In this document: piece by piece, positions 19,262-28,607 of the stretch | How positions within the stretch are numbered: the first letter of the stretch is position 1 | Layout: every line of letters starts with the position of its first letter | NCBI GenBank assembly: GCA_963750165.1 | Contig: CAVVPN010000011.1 | Span: 1,024,001 to 1,088,000, forward strand | Direction of reading: 5' to 3' | Length of the DNA stretch: 64,000 bases | Source: an uncultured Gemmataceae bacterium | GTDB lineage: Bacteria > Planctomycetota > Planctomycetia > Gemmatales > Gemmataceae | The notes under the pieces: model-generated | The model's input: the letters and a program-made list of their open reading frames with translations, nothing else | What the model was told of the DNA's origin: nothing | Database searches by the model: none | Program-made: the position numbers and the translations under genes

Positions 19262-21726
19262 ACTGCCCCCAAATTCTTGAGGTGTTCCCCTACTTTGGCG
19301 CTCAGGGATTCCACCTTTTCAGTAAGTACGGGTAGCGGTGACGTGTAACGATCAGCCAGTTGCCTGATGCGGCCGGTGAGCGCATGCGAAACCCGATCCA
19401 GTTCGGATTGCACATCCGCGGCGAGCGTGGCCACCCACTTGTCTTCCACTGCAAGGGTCTTGATTTCCGCCTCGGTCAGCTGGCCATACTTCGCGGCAAC
19501 CTTGGTCTCCAGTTCCTTCTCTGCCTCTTTGCCCTTCTTTTTGGCGGCCGCTTCCTTTTCGAGGAGAGCCACGTATTCCCCCAGCACCTTCCGCTCGTCG
19601 TCTGCCTCCGCATCGTCCTTGATTGCTTTCAATCGCTTGGTCGCTTCCCCCTTGGCAATGTTCCCCTTGTCGTCGAGCAGGTCCGCCAACAGCCCTTCCT
19701 CGCCGCTGTGCTCCTCCTTCAACTCTTCCAGCTGTTGCCCGAGCGCTGCCACCTCGGCCTCCAACTGGTCAATGGCGGCCTGTTCCGCGGCAAAGTAGCG
19801 GAAGACCAGCAGCCGGGCCGGGATCAGGTCCGACTTGTACCGCTGTTTGCCCACCGTGAAATCGTGGTCCTCGGGCCAGACCGTCTTGCCATCCTTGTTC
19901 CTGGTGGGAACGAGTTGCCTGGGCCTGGTGCCCTCCACCCAGCCGCTCCCCGAAATGATGTACACGTCATCCTGCATCGTCTCGGCCCAGTAGGTCATGA
20001 GGTGCTGGTAAACGTCGTAGGGATCGACCAGCCGGGCCTTGCGGAACACCTCCAGCAGAGTTTCGGACAGCGTTTCGATCAGCGCCTTGGGAGGGCTGCC
20101 GACGCCGAGGCCGGTGAGGCGCGGCGCGTTGGTCTTGCGCCAGCGGGCGAACAGGGCAGTCACCGATTCGTTGAACGCCGTGAATTCGGCATGGCCGAAG
20201 ATGGCGGCCTTGACCTCGGCGGCCGGTAGCTTGAGGCGGCTGTAACCGGGGCGGTCGGCCGCGGTAAAGAGCAGCGCCCGCACGCCCGGGAAGACCTGCC
20301 AGTAGCGTTCCAGGTCGTCGAGGTCGCGGTTCGGGATGCCGCCGCGCAGGTGGGCGTCGATGTCTTGCAGGTCTTCCGGTTCGGTGCTGTCGATGTAGCG
20401 GGGCAGGTTCAGGTTGTAATCGTTCTTCGGGTCGGCGATCTCGGTCAGCGGCACCATCCGCGAAAATCGGGGGATGGCGGTTTGCTTCGTGAAGGCGTCC
20501 ACGATCTTGTGAATGTCCTGAGCACGCAGGCGGTTCTTGTTGCCGTCCTTGAGGAAGCCCTTGCTGGCGTCGATCATGAAGATGCCCTTGCGGGCGGCGG
20601 CGTTCTCCCGGTCCAGCACGAGGATGCAGGCCGGGATGCCGGTGCCGTAAAACAGGTTGGGCGGCAGGCCGATGATGCCCCGGATGTAGCCGCGGCGGAC
20701 GATTTCCTTGCGGATGTCGGCCTCGGCGTTGCCGCGGAACAGGACGCCGTGCGGCAGGTTGACCGCCGCCTTGCCAGTGGTTTTCAGGCAGGCGAGGATG
20801 TGCAGCAGGAATGCGAGGTCGCCGTTCTTGGCGGGCGGGGTGCCGAACCCGAAGCGGTTGAATTCGTCCTGTCCAGGGTTGAAGCCGTTGCGCCACGACT
20901 TGAAGGAGAAGGGCGGGTTGGCGACCACGAAGTCAAACGTCTTGAGGGCGCCGGTCTTTTCCTTGTAGTAGGGGCTGGCGAGGACGTTGTCCTTCCAGAT
21001 TTCGGCGGTGGGGCAGTCGTGCAGGATCATGTTCATCTTGGCCAGGGCGGCGGTGGCGTTGTCCATTTCCTGGCCGTAGAGGGCGAGGTCGAACCCGGTG
21101 GCGCTTTTGGCCTCGTCGTGGGCCTTCAGCAAGAGCGAGCCGGATCCGCAAGTCGGGTCGTGGATGGTCTGGTTGCCGCTTCTGGCGCTACCGACGCCGA
21201 TCACCTTGGCCATGACGCGCGAGACTTCGGCCGGGGTATAGAACTGGCCCTTGCTCTTGCCGGATTCGGTGGCGAAGTGCCGCATCAGGTACTCGTAGGC
21301 GTCGCCGAGCAGGTCGTCGCCTTCGGCCCGGTTGTTGCGGAAATCCAGGTTGGGTGTGTCGAAGATGGCCACCAGGTTGGAGAGGGTGTCCACCATGTCC
21401 TTGCCCTTGCCCAGCTTGTCCTCGGCGTTGAAATCGGTCTGGTCGATCACCCCTTTCAGGTGGTTGGCCTCTGCCAGCTTGGAGATGATCTTGTTCATCC
21501 CCTCACCGATGTTCGGGTTGCCCTTGAGGGCCACCATGTCGGCAAAGCGGCCCCCCTGGGGGACATCGAGCAGGGCGTCCTTCTGGCCGGCGTACTTGTC
21601 GGAGACGTATTTGACGAACAGCAACGACAGGACGTAATCCTTATACTGCGAGGCGTCCATGCCGCCGCGCAGCTCGTCGCAGCTTTTCCAGATGGAACTG
21701 TAGAGTTCGGACTTCTTGATCGGCAT
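19252..21726 (-). CDS. hsdM: Type I restriction-modification methyltransferase subunit M
   Basis: WKSCDELRGGMDASQYKDY, GQFYTP, DPTCGSG, ANPPF, LPHGVLFRG, YNLNLPRYID. Confidence 0.95.
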   Translation of the reverse strand: MPIKKSELYSSIWKSCDELRGGMDASQYKDYVLSLLFVKYVSDKYAGQKDALLDVPQGGRFADMVALKGNPNIGEGMNKIISKLAEANHLKGVIDQTDFNAEDKLGKGKDMVDTLSNLVAIFDTPNLDFRNNRAEGDDLLGDAYEYLMRHFATESGKSKGQFYTPAEVSRVMAKVIGVGSARSGNQTIHDPTCGSGSLLLKAHDEAKSATGFDLALYGQEMDNATAALAKMNMILHDCPTAEIWKDNVLASPYYKEKTGALKTFDFVVANPPFSFKSWRNGFNPGQDEFNRFGFGTPPAKNGDLAFLLHILACLKTTGKAAVNLPHGVLFRGNAEADIRKEIVRRGYIRGIIGLPPNLFYGTGIPACILVLDRENAAARKGIFMIDASKGFLKDGNKNRLRAQDIHKIVDAFTKQTAIPRFSRMVPLTEIADPKNDYNLNLPRYIDSTEPEDLQDIDAHLRGGIPNRDLDDLERYWQVFPGVRALLFTAADRPGYSRLKLPAAEVKAAIFGHAEFTAFNESVTALFARWRKTNAPRLTGLGVGSPPKALIETLSETLLEVFRKARLVDPYDVYQHLMTYWAETMQDDVYIISGSGWVEGTRPRQLVPTRNKDGKTVWPEDHDFTVGKQRYKSDLIPARLLVFRYFAAEQAAIDQLEAEVAALGQQLEELKEEHSGEEGLLADLLDDKGNIAKGEATKRLKAIKDDAEADDERKVLGEYVALLEKEAAAKKKGKEAEKELETKVAAKYGQLTEAEIKTLAVEDKWVATLAADVQSELDRVSHALTGRIRQLADRYTSPLPVLTEKVESLSAKVGEHLKNLGAVWN

Positions 21727-22008
21727 CGGTTACCCGGGCACGGTCGCAGTGTGTCGTTGCTGTCGCCTGGCTGGTGTAGGTTACCCAGGGGGAGGAACGG
21801 CCGAAAGGAAAAAGTAGCAGACACTGCCTTTTTGCATTTCAGGGTCGATTTCCCGGCACCCAGGCTGAGGGCGAGACAGCTGGTGCCGACCGAAGCGGAC
21901 CTGGCCCGCGCCTACGAACCGGACGCCGTCCTGCTCGACCGCATCCGGGCGGAGCACGCAAGACAAGCGGTTCCGACAAGGACAAGGAGGAAGTGAACGC
22001 CTCTTGGT

Positions 22009-23996
22009 TCAAGCCACCAGCGCCCACGGTTGCCCCGTCCCGTTCCCCGGACCGCTGTACAGGAACTCCAGCATCCTTACCGCCATCTCCAGGGCGTCCG
22101 GCCCGTCGTCGAAGTCCCCGGTCGGGAAGTCCCGCAGCTGCTGCACCAGCAGGCGGCAACCTGGTGAGCGGCGGAACCGCAGCCGCCGCTGCGCCAGCCA
22201 CGTCGTCAGGCCCCGGATGCGCACCTCTTTGTTCCCCATGTTCTCGATGCCGAACAGGGGGATGGGCAGGTCGTGGACATTCTGGCGCAGGAACTCGCCG
22301 GCGAGCAACTCCTGCCACTGGTTGACTTCCAGAAGGAAGCCGTCCGGACGGAACGAAGTACAAAGGTTGAGGCCGTCCCGGACGATCCGGTCCACCGGAC
22401 GGCGTTCCAGGTCGGCGTCGAGCCACACCACCAGGTTGCGGTCGATGACGGCCAGGACGAAGGCGCTGTAGTCGCCGGCCCGGGCGTCTTTCCCTTTCGA
22501 CGGGTCCAGGGCCATCGCCCTGAGCAACACCTGCTCACCAGTCGGCCAGTCGTTGAACCACAACTCCTCGCCCTCGAAGTAGCTGGCCGGCCATTCGCAC
22601 GCCTCGGGGCTCATCGGCTCGTTCTGCTTCTCGCTGGCGAAGGCGCCGACGCCGATGGTGGCGCACAACTTCATCAGGTCGTACAGGCTTTCCCGTTCGG
22701 GCCAGAGCACGACGGCGCCGGCGTCCATGTCCGCCTGGTGGTCCTGGTAGAACGCCAGGGCGTGGGCCTCGTAATCGGGCACCTCGTAGTTGTGGAAGAC
22801 GCGCTCCCACTCGGCCCAAAGCTCCATCCGGTCGGGCCACTGTACCACGCTGCGGTAAACGTGCGTCCGCCAGCCCGGCGTGCGCTGCAGCTGGCACACG
22901 ATGGCGTCGCGGTGCAGCGCGGTCCCCAGCGCCAGGAAGTTCGTGCCCGGGGCGCCGGCGTTCATCACGTCCTTTTGCAGCCACTGCATCGACCGCTCGC
23001 GCTTCAACGCGGAGATGATGTGGTCCTTGTTCTGCGGGTCGTCGTTGACAATCAGGCTGGGCCGGTGCTGGCGGTGCTTGCGTCCGCGAATCTTGTCGCC
23101 GGTGCCCAGGGACTCGATGAGAACGCCGTTGCGTAGCTCGATGCTGTTGTCCCGCCACACCCGGCCCCGGCCGCAGGCATGGGGGTAATCCCGCCGCAGT
23201 TCCTCGTTGTCTTCCAGTTCCGAACGAATCGCGGTCAGGTACTTCGCCGCCTGCGTGCTGGTGTCGCTGGTCAGGATGGTGTACGGCTCCAGGCCGTGGA
23301 CCGCGGCATACAGCGGGTAGGCGAAGGTGGACCAGGTCGTTTTCGCAGCGCCACGGGCGCAAGCCACACCTCGCGGGAATCCCGGCGGGTGTGCAGGGTG
23401 GAGAGGTCGGCAACGAGGTCGCGGTGGAACCGGGAAGGTTTGTCGGGGAAGTAGCGCTTGAGGTAGTGGTCGGCCCACTCACCCAGGGGAGGCAGCGTCG
23501 CCCGGGCGCCGCCAGGCGCACTTCCTCCGGTGGGTAGATCGCCCGCAAGTGCCTGGCGAAGTTGCGCAGCAAGTTTGGGGGGAAGGAGGGCAAGGACGGC
23601 CTCCAGCGGGTCCAGCGTCGGGGCTTCGTACAACCGAAGCAGTTCACCAATGTCTTTCAGGATCGCCCTGGCGTTCCGCAGATCGGCGTCGTCGATGGCC
23701 CTGGCGAACAGGTCGCGGAGTTGGGCAAGGTGGAAATTGAAGTTGATTTCCCGGTCTTTCTCCAGATCGGCCGCCAGGAGCTTGTTGCCGGCCTGGATGT
23801 ACTTCTTTAACTGGCTGTCGCTGACCTTCCACGTCTTGCCTTCGCGCCCCGGATGGTCGGTTTGGTTCGCATAATCCCGTACGTCGTGGAATGCCGCCCC
23901 GGCCATGCGGATTTTCAAAACTTCCAATACCCGGCGCTGCACGGTGGCTGCCGTGGATCGCTTAGACCCCTTCGGTTTTTTCCGCGCTTGGCTCAT
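22009..23996 (-). CDS. Terminase large subunit with an N-terminal TerS-like extension (single-base frameshift near 23355)
   Basis: Restoring one C gives Walker A WLAPRGAAKTT. Also KIRG, LIVNDDPQ (Walker B), LGTALH, EKQNEP, ALDPS, GDYSA and DDGPDALE (RNase H-like nuclease). ORF 23996-23271 supplies the N-terminus. Confidence 0.8.
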
Positions 23997-24612
23997 GTTT
24001 CTCGACCATTGCGGTTATCCATGCCGAGTGCCAGCCATGCAACTCGACGTGGTTGATGAGCGCGAACTGCTCACGCCCGCTACCGTTGCCACAAAGGTTG
24101 GCGCTGCCCTCGATCACCAACTTGACGCCGGAGGCGAAGGCCAGCGTAACGACCTTGGCGTGCGAGTGGGCGGCGGCCACGCGCTGGTTGCGTTTGCGGA
24201 ACTGCTCTTGCGTCTCTTTCCACAAGGGGGGCTTGTGGGCGCGGAAAAAGATGCTGGTGAGCAGGAGCAGGGCGCCGACCTTCCGTTCGTCCACCCAGGC
24301 CAGGAGGCTGGCCAGGTTCCTCTCATTGTACCCCAGCGTGGCGCAGGTCAGGCGGTCGCAGGGGCCGTAATGGTCGAGCAGGTGGCCGATAACGTCGGTC
24401 AGGTCCATGCGTGCCGTACAGAGGGCGTGCAGGCTCTCGCCGGGGCCTGGCAGCAGCTGCAGCACAGCCCCGGCTTCCTTGATGCCGGCGGCGCGGCGGG
24501 CGGCCAGCTTGACGGTCTTCGGGGTGGGCAGCCCCTGGCCGTCGTCCTCGGGTTCGTCGGGCGCTGGTGGCGGCGCGAGGCCGAAGCGCGGTTTGTACGG
24601 CTTGAACTGCAT
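23962..24612 (-). CDS. Phospholipase D-like (HKD variant) nuclease-domain protein
   Basis: HSHAKVV...IEGSANL...EQ; single HxK..GSxN motif. Confidence 0.7.
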   Translation of the reverse strand: MQFKPYKPRFGLAPPPAPDEPEDDGQGLPTPKTVKLAARRAAGIKEAGAVLQLLPGPGESLHALCTARMDLTDVIGHLLDHYGPCDRLTCATLGYNERNLASLLAWVDERKVGALLLLTSIFFRAHKPPLWKETQEQFRKRNQRVAAAHSHAKVVTLAFASGVKLVIEGSANLCGNGSGREQFALINHVELHGWHSAWITAMVEKHEPSAEKTEGV

Positions 24613-24620
24613 GTGTTAAC

Positions 24621-24776
24621 TCAGCTGATGGAGCCGCCGGTGCCCATGTCCTTTTTGCGCTGCCACGCCTCGATCTGGGTGGGGCTACGCTTGTACCGCT
24701 TGCCCCGGCCCTTGGCCTTCTTTTTCTTCACGTTGGCGCCGAAATTGAAGCTGATGCCGGTGGATTTCTTGGCCAT
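24621..24776 (-). CDS. 51-aa highly basic small protein (not in the ORF track)
   Basis: AGAAAGGAG RBS, then MAKKSTGISFNFGANVKKKKAKGRGKRYKRSPTQIEAWQRKKDMGTGGSIS*; fills the gap between the primase and PLD genes. Confidence 0.7.
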   Translation of the reverse strand: MAKKSTGISFNFGANVKKKKAKGRGKRYKRSPTQIEAWQRKKDMGTGGSIS

Positions 24777-24833
24777 GATCGCTCCTTTCTTTTCCCATGT
24801 TTCCCGTCACCGCTGGCCCTGCGCGAGGCCAGG

Positions 24834-27128
24834 TCAACACCCCTCCCAGGCGTCTCCCTGGGAGCCGTTTTCGTTAGAAGAACAGGTAGGGATTTCACCG
24901 TCCGGACCGTCCGTAGCGTCCGATTCCCTGTGTTTTTCACGGTTGTCTACGGACGGTTGCGGACGGTCGCCGGACGGTTGCCAATCTGGACCGTCCGTAA
25001 CTTCTGCCCATTCGGAATGCGGTTCGGACGGTTCGGACGGTTCGGACGGTTGTTCCCCTATGCTCTCCATCTCGACGGTGACAATCCGGTGCTTCTTGTC
25101 GGTCGTGAACCCGAATGTCACGAGGATGCCATTCTTGCGGAGGTTGGTCGTCAGCCGGCGCAAGATGCCGGACAGGCCCCGCGGCGACTTCGGCCACGCC
25201 TTGCTTTTCGCAACCTTGTCTTCCACCTTCGCCGCCAGTTCCAGCAGCAACGCCTGGCAGGAACCCTCCCAGCGCTCACGGTTCGTAAGCAGGGTGCGGA
25301 GGGGTTCGTAGAGTACCGAGCACTCCAGGGCCGCGCTACTCTGCTCGTCCCGATTCAGTTCGTAAGCGTAGATGAAGGCGTCGTCATTCCAGCCAAGCGC
25401 CTTGCCGGCCGCGGTCGCCATCACCGCGAAGTCCGCCATCCGCGGCAGTTCCTTGAGATTTACCTCGGGGCGGTATTTCAAAGCTCCTGCCACAGCCGTC
25501 AACAGAGCGCCGAAAATCATGGGCCGGACCGTCTCGAATTCCTCCCAGATGACCCGCTCTTGCTTCCGCTCCCTCTCGTTCAGCGACGGCAGTTGCAGCA
25601 CGATGCCCCGGTCGAGCAGATCTGGCCGCGACGAAAGCTCCTCGATGCCGTTGAGCAGACAGGGCCGCTGGGCGTTGAAGATGATCTCTTCATCGTCGGT
25701 GTACAGTTGGCGTGTCGAGAACCCGCCGCCGGTCGCCAACCGGCAGAGCGCATCCGACAACCACCCGTCGATGAAGCTCAGATTGTCCAGCGCCACCACC
25801 CAGGAGTTGCTCGCGGTGATGATGAGGTCGCGCTCGTCCTTGGGGGCGGTCCGCAGCGGTGCCATGCTCGGGTCGATCACCGACCGCAGGAATCGCATCG
25901 TGTTGCTCTTGGCGCTGCCCTGTTCGCCGTACAGGCAGAGTACCGGGTAGGGGCCGAACGGGTTGAGCGCTTGCACCATCCAGGCGACGATGAGCTTCCA
26001 GTCGTCCTTGAGCCTGTTGTGGTTGACGTAGGGCCGCAACTGGTCCAGACTGCCGTCCGACTGGGGCATCGGCAGCGCGAGTTGTCCCCGCGGCCGACGG
26101 AACCGCACCGGCGAATTCTCCAGCACCCGCCAACCGTCCGCGCTCACCTGTACGACGTGCCATTCCGGGTCGCCGAGGTCGATGTAAATTCGGCCGGCCG
26201 CCTTGCCCACGCGGCAGTATACCTCTCGCTCGCTGCCCTCGAATCGGGCCTTGGCTTCCAGCACGCCCAGCACGTCCTGCATGATCCCAGCGGAAGCGGC
26301 TTTCCCGGTTTCCAGGTAGAGGCGGCGGGCAAGCCAATTGCGGAAGTGGCCGCCGCGGATGGGGTGCGTTTCCTGGTGGAGCCGCTGTTGCCTGTCCTCC
26401 ACCTGAACGACCGCGAACCCCTTGCCGTCCGGGGTGTGGAAGTAAACCGGCCCGTTCGCCAGGCCGAGCAGCTGCTCGGCCTGGGTCGGCCCCTTCTTCG
26501 ACTTTCGCTTGGAAACAGTAGGCCCCCGACCGTCCGAACCGTCCGCCCACGGGGCGGCGGCCTGCACCAGTTCCAGCAGCTGTACCTTGTCGCCGCCGGT
26601 CTGTAACCAGTCGCTCACGTCGCCCTTGGCAGGTAAGCCAGGCAACTCCACCACCTTGACCGACGCGGCCACGCCGGCGAGCGACCTGGCGACGGCCTGG
26701 GCGTGCTTCCGCCCCGGGTCGTCGTCGTCCGGGAAAATGATGACGTGCCGCCCGGCGAAATGATCGTTGTACTGCGGCTTCCACTTGCCCGCCCCCATCG
26801 GGTTCGTGGTGGAGAGCATGCCGATAGCACCCAGGCTCTCTGCGTCTTTTTCCCCCTCCACGACGTACACGGGCCGATCAACCGGGGCCGCGTACAGTTC
26901 GGGAAGGCGGTAGGGGACCAGCCGAACGTCCTTGAGGTTCCACACCCAGCCGCCACGGCCATCGGGTTTGCGCTGACGAAACATCTTTCTGTCGCCGTTG
27001 TCGCCGGGTTCAAAGCGAACCGACTGAAACAGCAGTTCGCCGTGCTCGTCGCGGTAGTCGTAGGCCGCCACCTCCCGGGGCTTGCCGTTGCTGCTGGGTT
27101 TGGCGCTGGGCGCCGTGGCTGTGCTCAT
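24834..27128 (-). CDS. Toprim primase fused to a P-loop ATPase/helicase (replication protein)
   Basis: YDYRDEHG..., VVEGEKDA, IFPDDDDPG and KGDVSDW (Toprim); then YGEQGSAKS (Walker A), LDNLS and RPDLLDR. Start MSTAT at 27128. Confidence 0.85.
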   Translation of the reverse strand: MSTATAPSAKPSSNGKPREVAAYDYRDEHGELLFQSVRFEPGDNGDRKMFRQRKPDGRGGWVWNLKDVRLVPYRLPELYAAPVDRPVYVVEGEKDAESLGAIGMLSTTNPMGAGKWKPQYNDHFAGRHVIIFPDDDDPGRKHAQAVARSLAGVAASVKVVELPGLPAKGDVSDWLQTGGDKVQLLELVQAAAPWADGSDGRGPTVSKRKSKKGPTQAEQLLGLANGPVYFHTPDGKGFAVVQVEDRQQRLHQETHPIRGGHFRNWLARRLYLETGKAASAGIMQDVLGVLEAKARFEGSEREVYCRVGKAAGRIYIDLGDPEWHVVQVSADGWRVLENSPVRFRRPRGQLALPMPQSDGSLDQLRPYVNHNRLKDDWKLIVAWMVQALNPFGPYPVLCLYGEQGSAKSNTMRFLRSVIDPSMAPLRTAPKDERDLIITASNSWVVALDNLSFIDGWLSDALCRLATGGGFSTRQLYTDDEEIIFNAQRPCLLNGIEELSSRPDLLDRGIVLQLPSLNERERKQERVIWEEFETVRPMIFGALLTAVAGALKYRPEVNLKELPRMADFAVMATAAGKALGWNDDAFIYAYELNRDEQSSAALECSVLYEPLRTLLTNRERWEGSCQALLLELAAKVEDKVAKSKAWPKSPRGLSGILRRLTTNLRKNGILVTFGFTTDKKHRIVTVEMESIGEQPSEPSEPSEPHSEWAEVTDGPDWQPSGDRPQPSVDNREKHRESDATDGPDGEIPTCSSNENGSQGDAWEGC
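24897..25051. repeat. Iteron-like GGACGG/CCGTCC repeats inside the 3' end of the primase gene (putative origin)
   Basis: (GGTTCGGAC)x3 at 25021-25047, three more GGACGG at 24951-24977, and inverted CCGTCC copies at 24898, 24907 and 24991. Confidence 0.55.
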
Positions 27129-27159
27129 CGTGGCGGCCTCCCTTGTGCCCGTGGGGCCG

Positions 27160-27515
27160 TCAGATGCCGATTTTGTCCAATGCCGCACCCGCCGCCTCGC
27201 TGGCGCGCTTCCGCATGCCCGGAGTGCGCGGCGCCACGGTATCCTCTTGGGGCCTACCCTGCTGGGCCTCAATGAACCTGGTGATAGCGGCTTCCGTGGT
27301 GAGAAGGCGGCCGGCAACGCGGCAAGATTCGAGTTGGACGCGCTGCCCGTCCGCGTTGCGTGCGCCGGTGGTGCACCACCTGAACACGCAGGAACCGCTA
27401 ACGGGGCGGCCCTTGCGGAAGGGGGGAAGCGCCTGGCGGCCTGGCTCAAGGTCAGGCCGTGGCCTTCGGCGATCTCCTGGGCCAGCTGGTTACTGATTGC
27501 GGCGGTCGTGGTCAT
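27160..27515 (-). CDS. DUF1580-like HTH DNA-binding protein (putative excisionase/regulator); frameshift in the G-run near 27421
   Basis: LTLSQAARRFP / RPVSGSCVFRWCTTG....VQLES.RVAGRLLTTEAAITRFI pattern. Confidence 0.75.
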
Positions 27516-27635
27516 GGCATTGCCTCGCGTGTGCTCGCCGGCTGACGTAGCCGGTCGTATCGCGTGGCATGAGACCATGAAGCCTGAACAGCAATCAAAC
27601 GAGGTGTCCGCGCGGACAGACGCGGATTTTGACTG

Positions 27636-28523
27636 TCAATTCAGCATCTGATACCGCCGAATTTTCCTGAGAAGTGTTTGCGCCTTTTTCTCGTTTCCCT
27701 CGGTAAAATCACGGGCAATCGCGATCATTGAATCCCCGTTAGGCAGTTCCTTTTGTAGCTTTTTGACGAGTTGAAGAACTGCAGAGTCGGTGCAGGTTTT
27801 TTTTGTCCCCTTGTCCGCGCCGCTGTCCGTTTGTCCGCGCCGGTTTGTGGTGGCCGCAGCGAGTAATTCCCTCTGACGTGTCGCTTCCTGTCGATCCCGC
27901 AGTGCCTGTTTCACTTCAACCTCACATAGACACGGTAGACTTTCACAAAAGCCGAAGAACCCCCCGGCATTCCATGCCAACAGGGAACGGCACCAATCGC
28001 ATAACTTCACAATGTTGCTTTCCACCTCTTCTTCTGGGAAGCGGAGGGGTATCCGGTCTCTGACGTAATAATCAACCCGAAAGCGTGCGCCGGCGTGCCA
28101 GTCAGCTTCACTGGCAATTCGATACAGGAGCTGATAGCTCGCTTCCAGAGCAGCTTGGTGGGCGGTGGCTGCGCTCACGAAGCCGTAGACATGCGGTCCC
28201 GTGCCCCGCAAGTCCCCGACGACTGCGGTGACGGCTAGTTCGCATGGGCGAAGTTCCCGGCAGATGTGCTTGAGAATGCGCACCGCCTCTTTTTGAAGCC
28301 CCTCGTGCGGTTCTGAATCGCCTCCGCCCATTATGATCAACACCTGCTGGAGTTGGACGGACAACCAGCAGGCTCCGTTGTAGGCAGCGAGCAAATCAGC
28401 AGGCAGGGCACCGATACCAATAGGGCGGAACGGTTGAGTATGGGATGTGACGGATTGAAACCCTTCTGGTTCTGTCTGCATGGCGTTCATCCTCGGGCGG
28501 TCGGGCCGGCATGACAGGGGCAT
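27636..28523 (-). CDS. Hypothetical protein, possible regulator (C-terminal HTH-like helices)
   Basis: Lower-GC ORF between the integrase and DUF1580. Basic C-terminus SMIAIARDFTEGNEKKAQTLLRKIRRY. Start uncertain. Confidence 0.5.
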   Translation of the reverse strand: MPLSCRPDRPRMNAMQTEPEGFQSVTSHTQPFRPIGIGALPADLLAAYNGACWLSVQLQQVLIIMGGGDSEPHEGLQKEAVRILKHICRELRPCELAVTAVVGDLRGTGPHVYGFVSAATAHQAALEASYQLLYRIASEADWHAGARFRVDYYVRDRIPLRFPEEEVESNIVKLCDWCRSLLAWNAGGFFGFCESLPCLCEVEVKQALRDRQEATRQRELLAAATTNRRGQTDSGADKGTKKTCTDSAVLQLVKKLQKELPNGDSMIAIARDFTEGNEKKAQTLLRKIRRYQMLN

Positions 28524-28607
28524 CGGGAGGATGAGTACCGCCGCCGTCTGTCACGCCGATTGACCCCCGCGCTTGCGATTGCTCAGGCCGTCCCGTTGCC
28601 GGTGATT

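Noticed and set aside
27129..27578. 914-aa primase including this N-terminal extension
   Set aside because: The extension results from the frameshift in the DUF1580 gene; the primase has its own GGAGG RBS and start at 27128.
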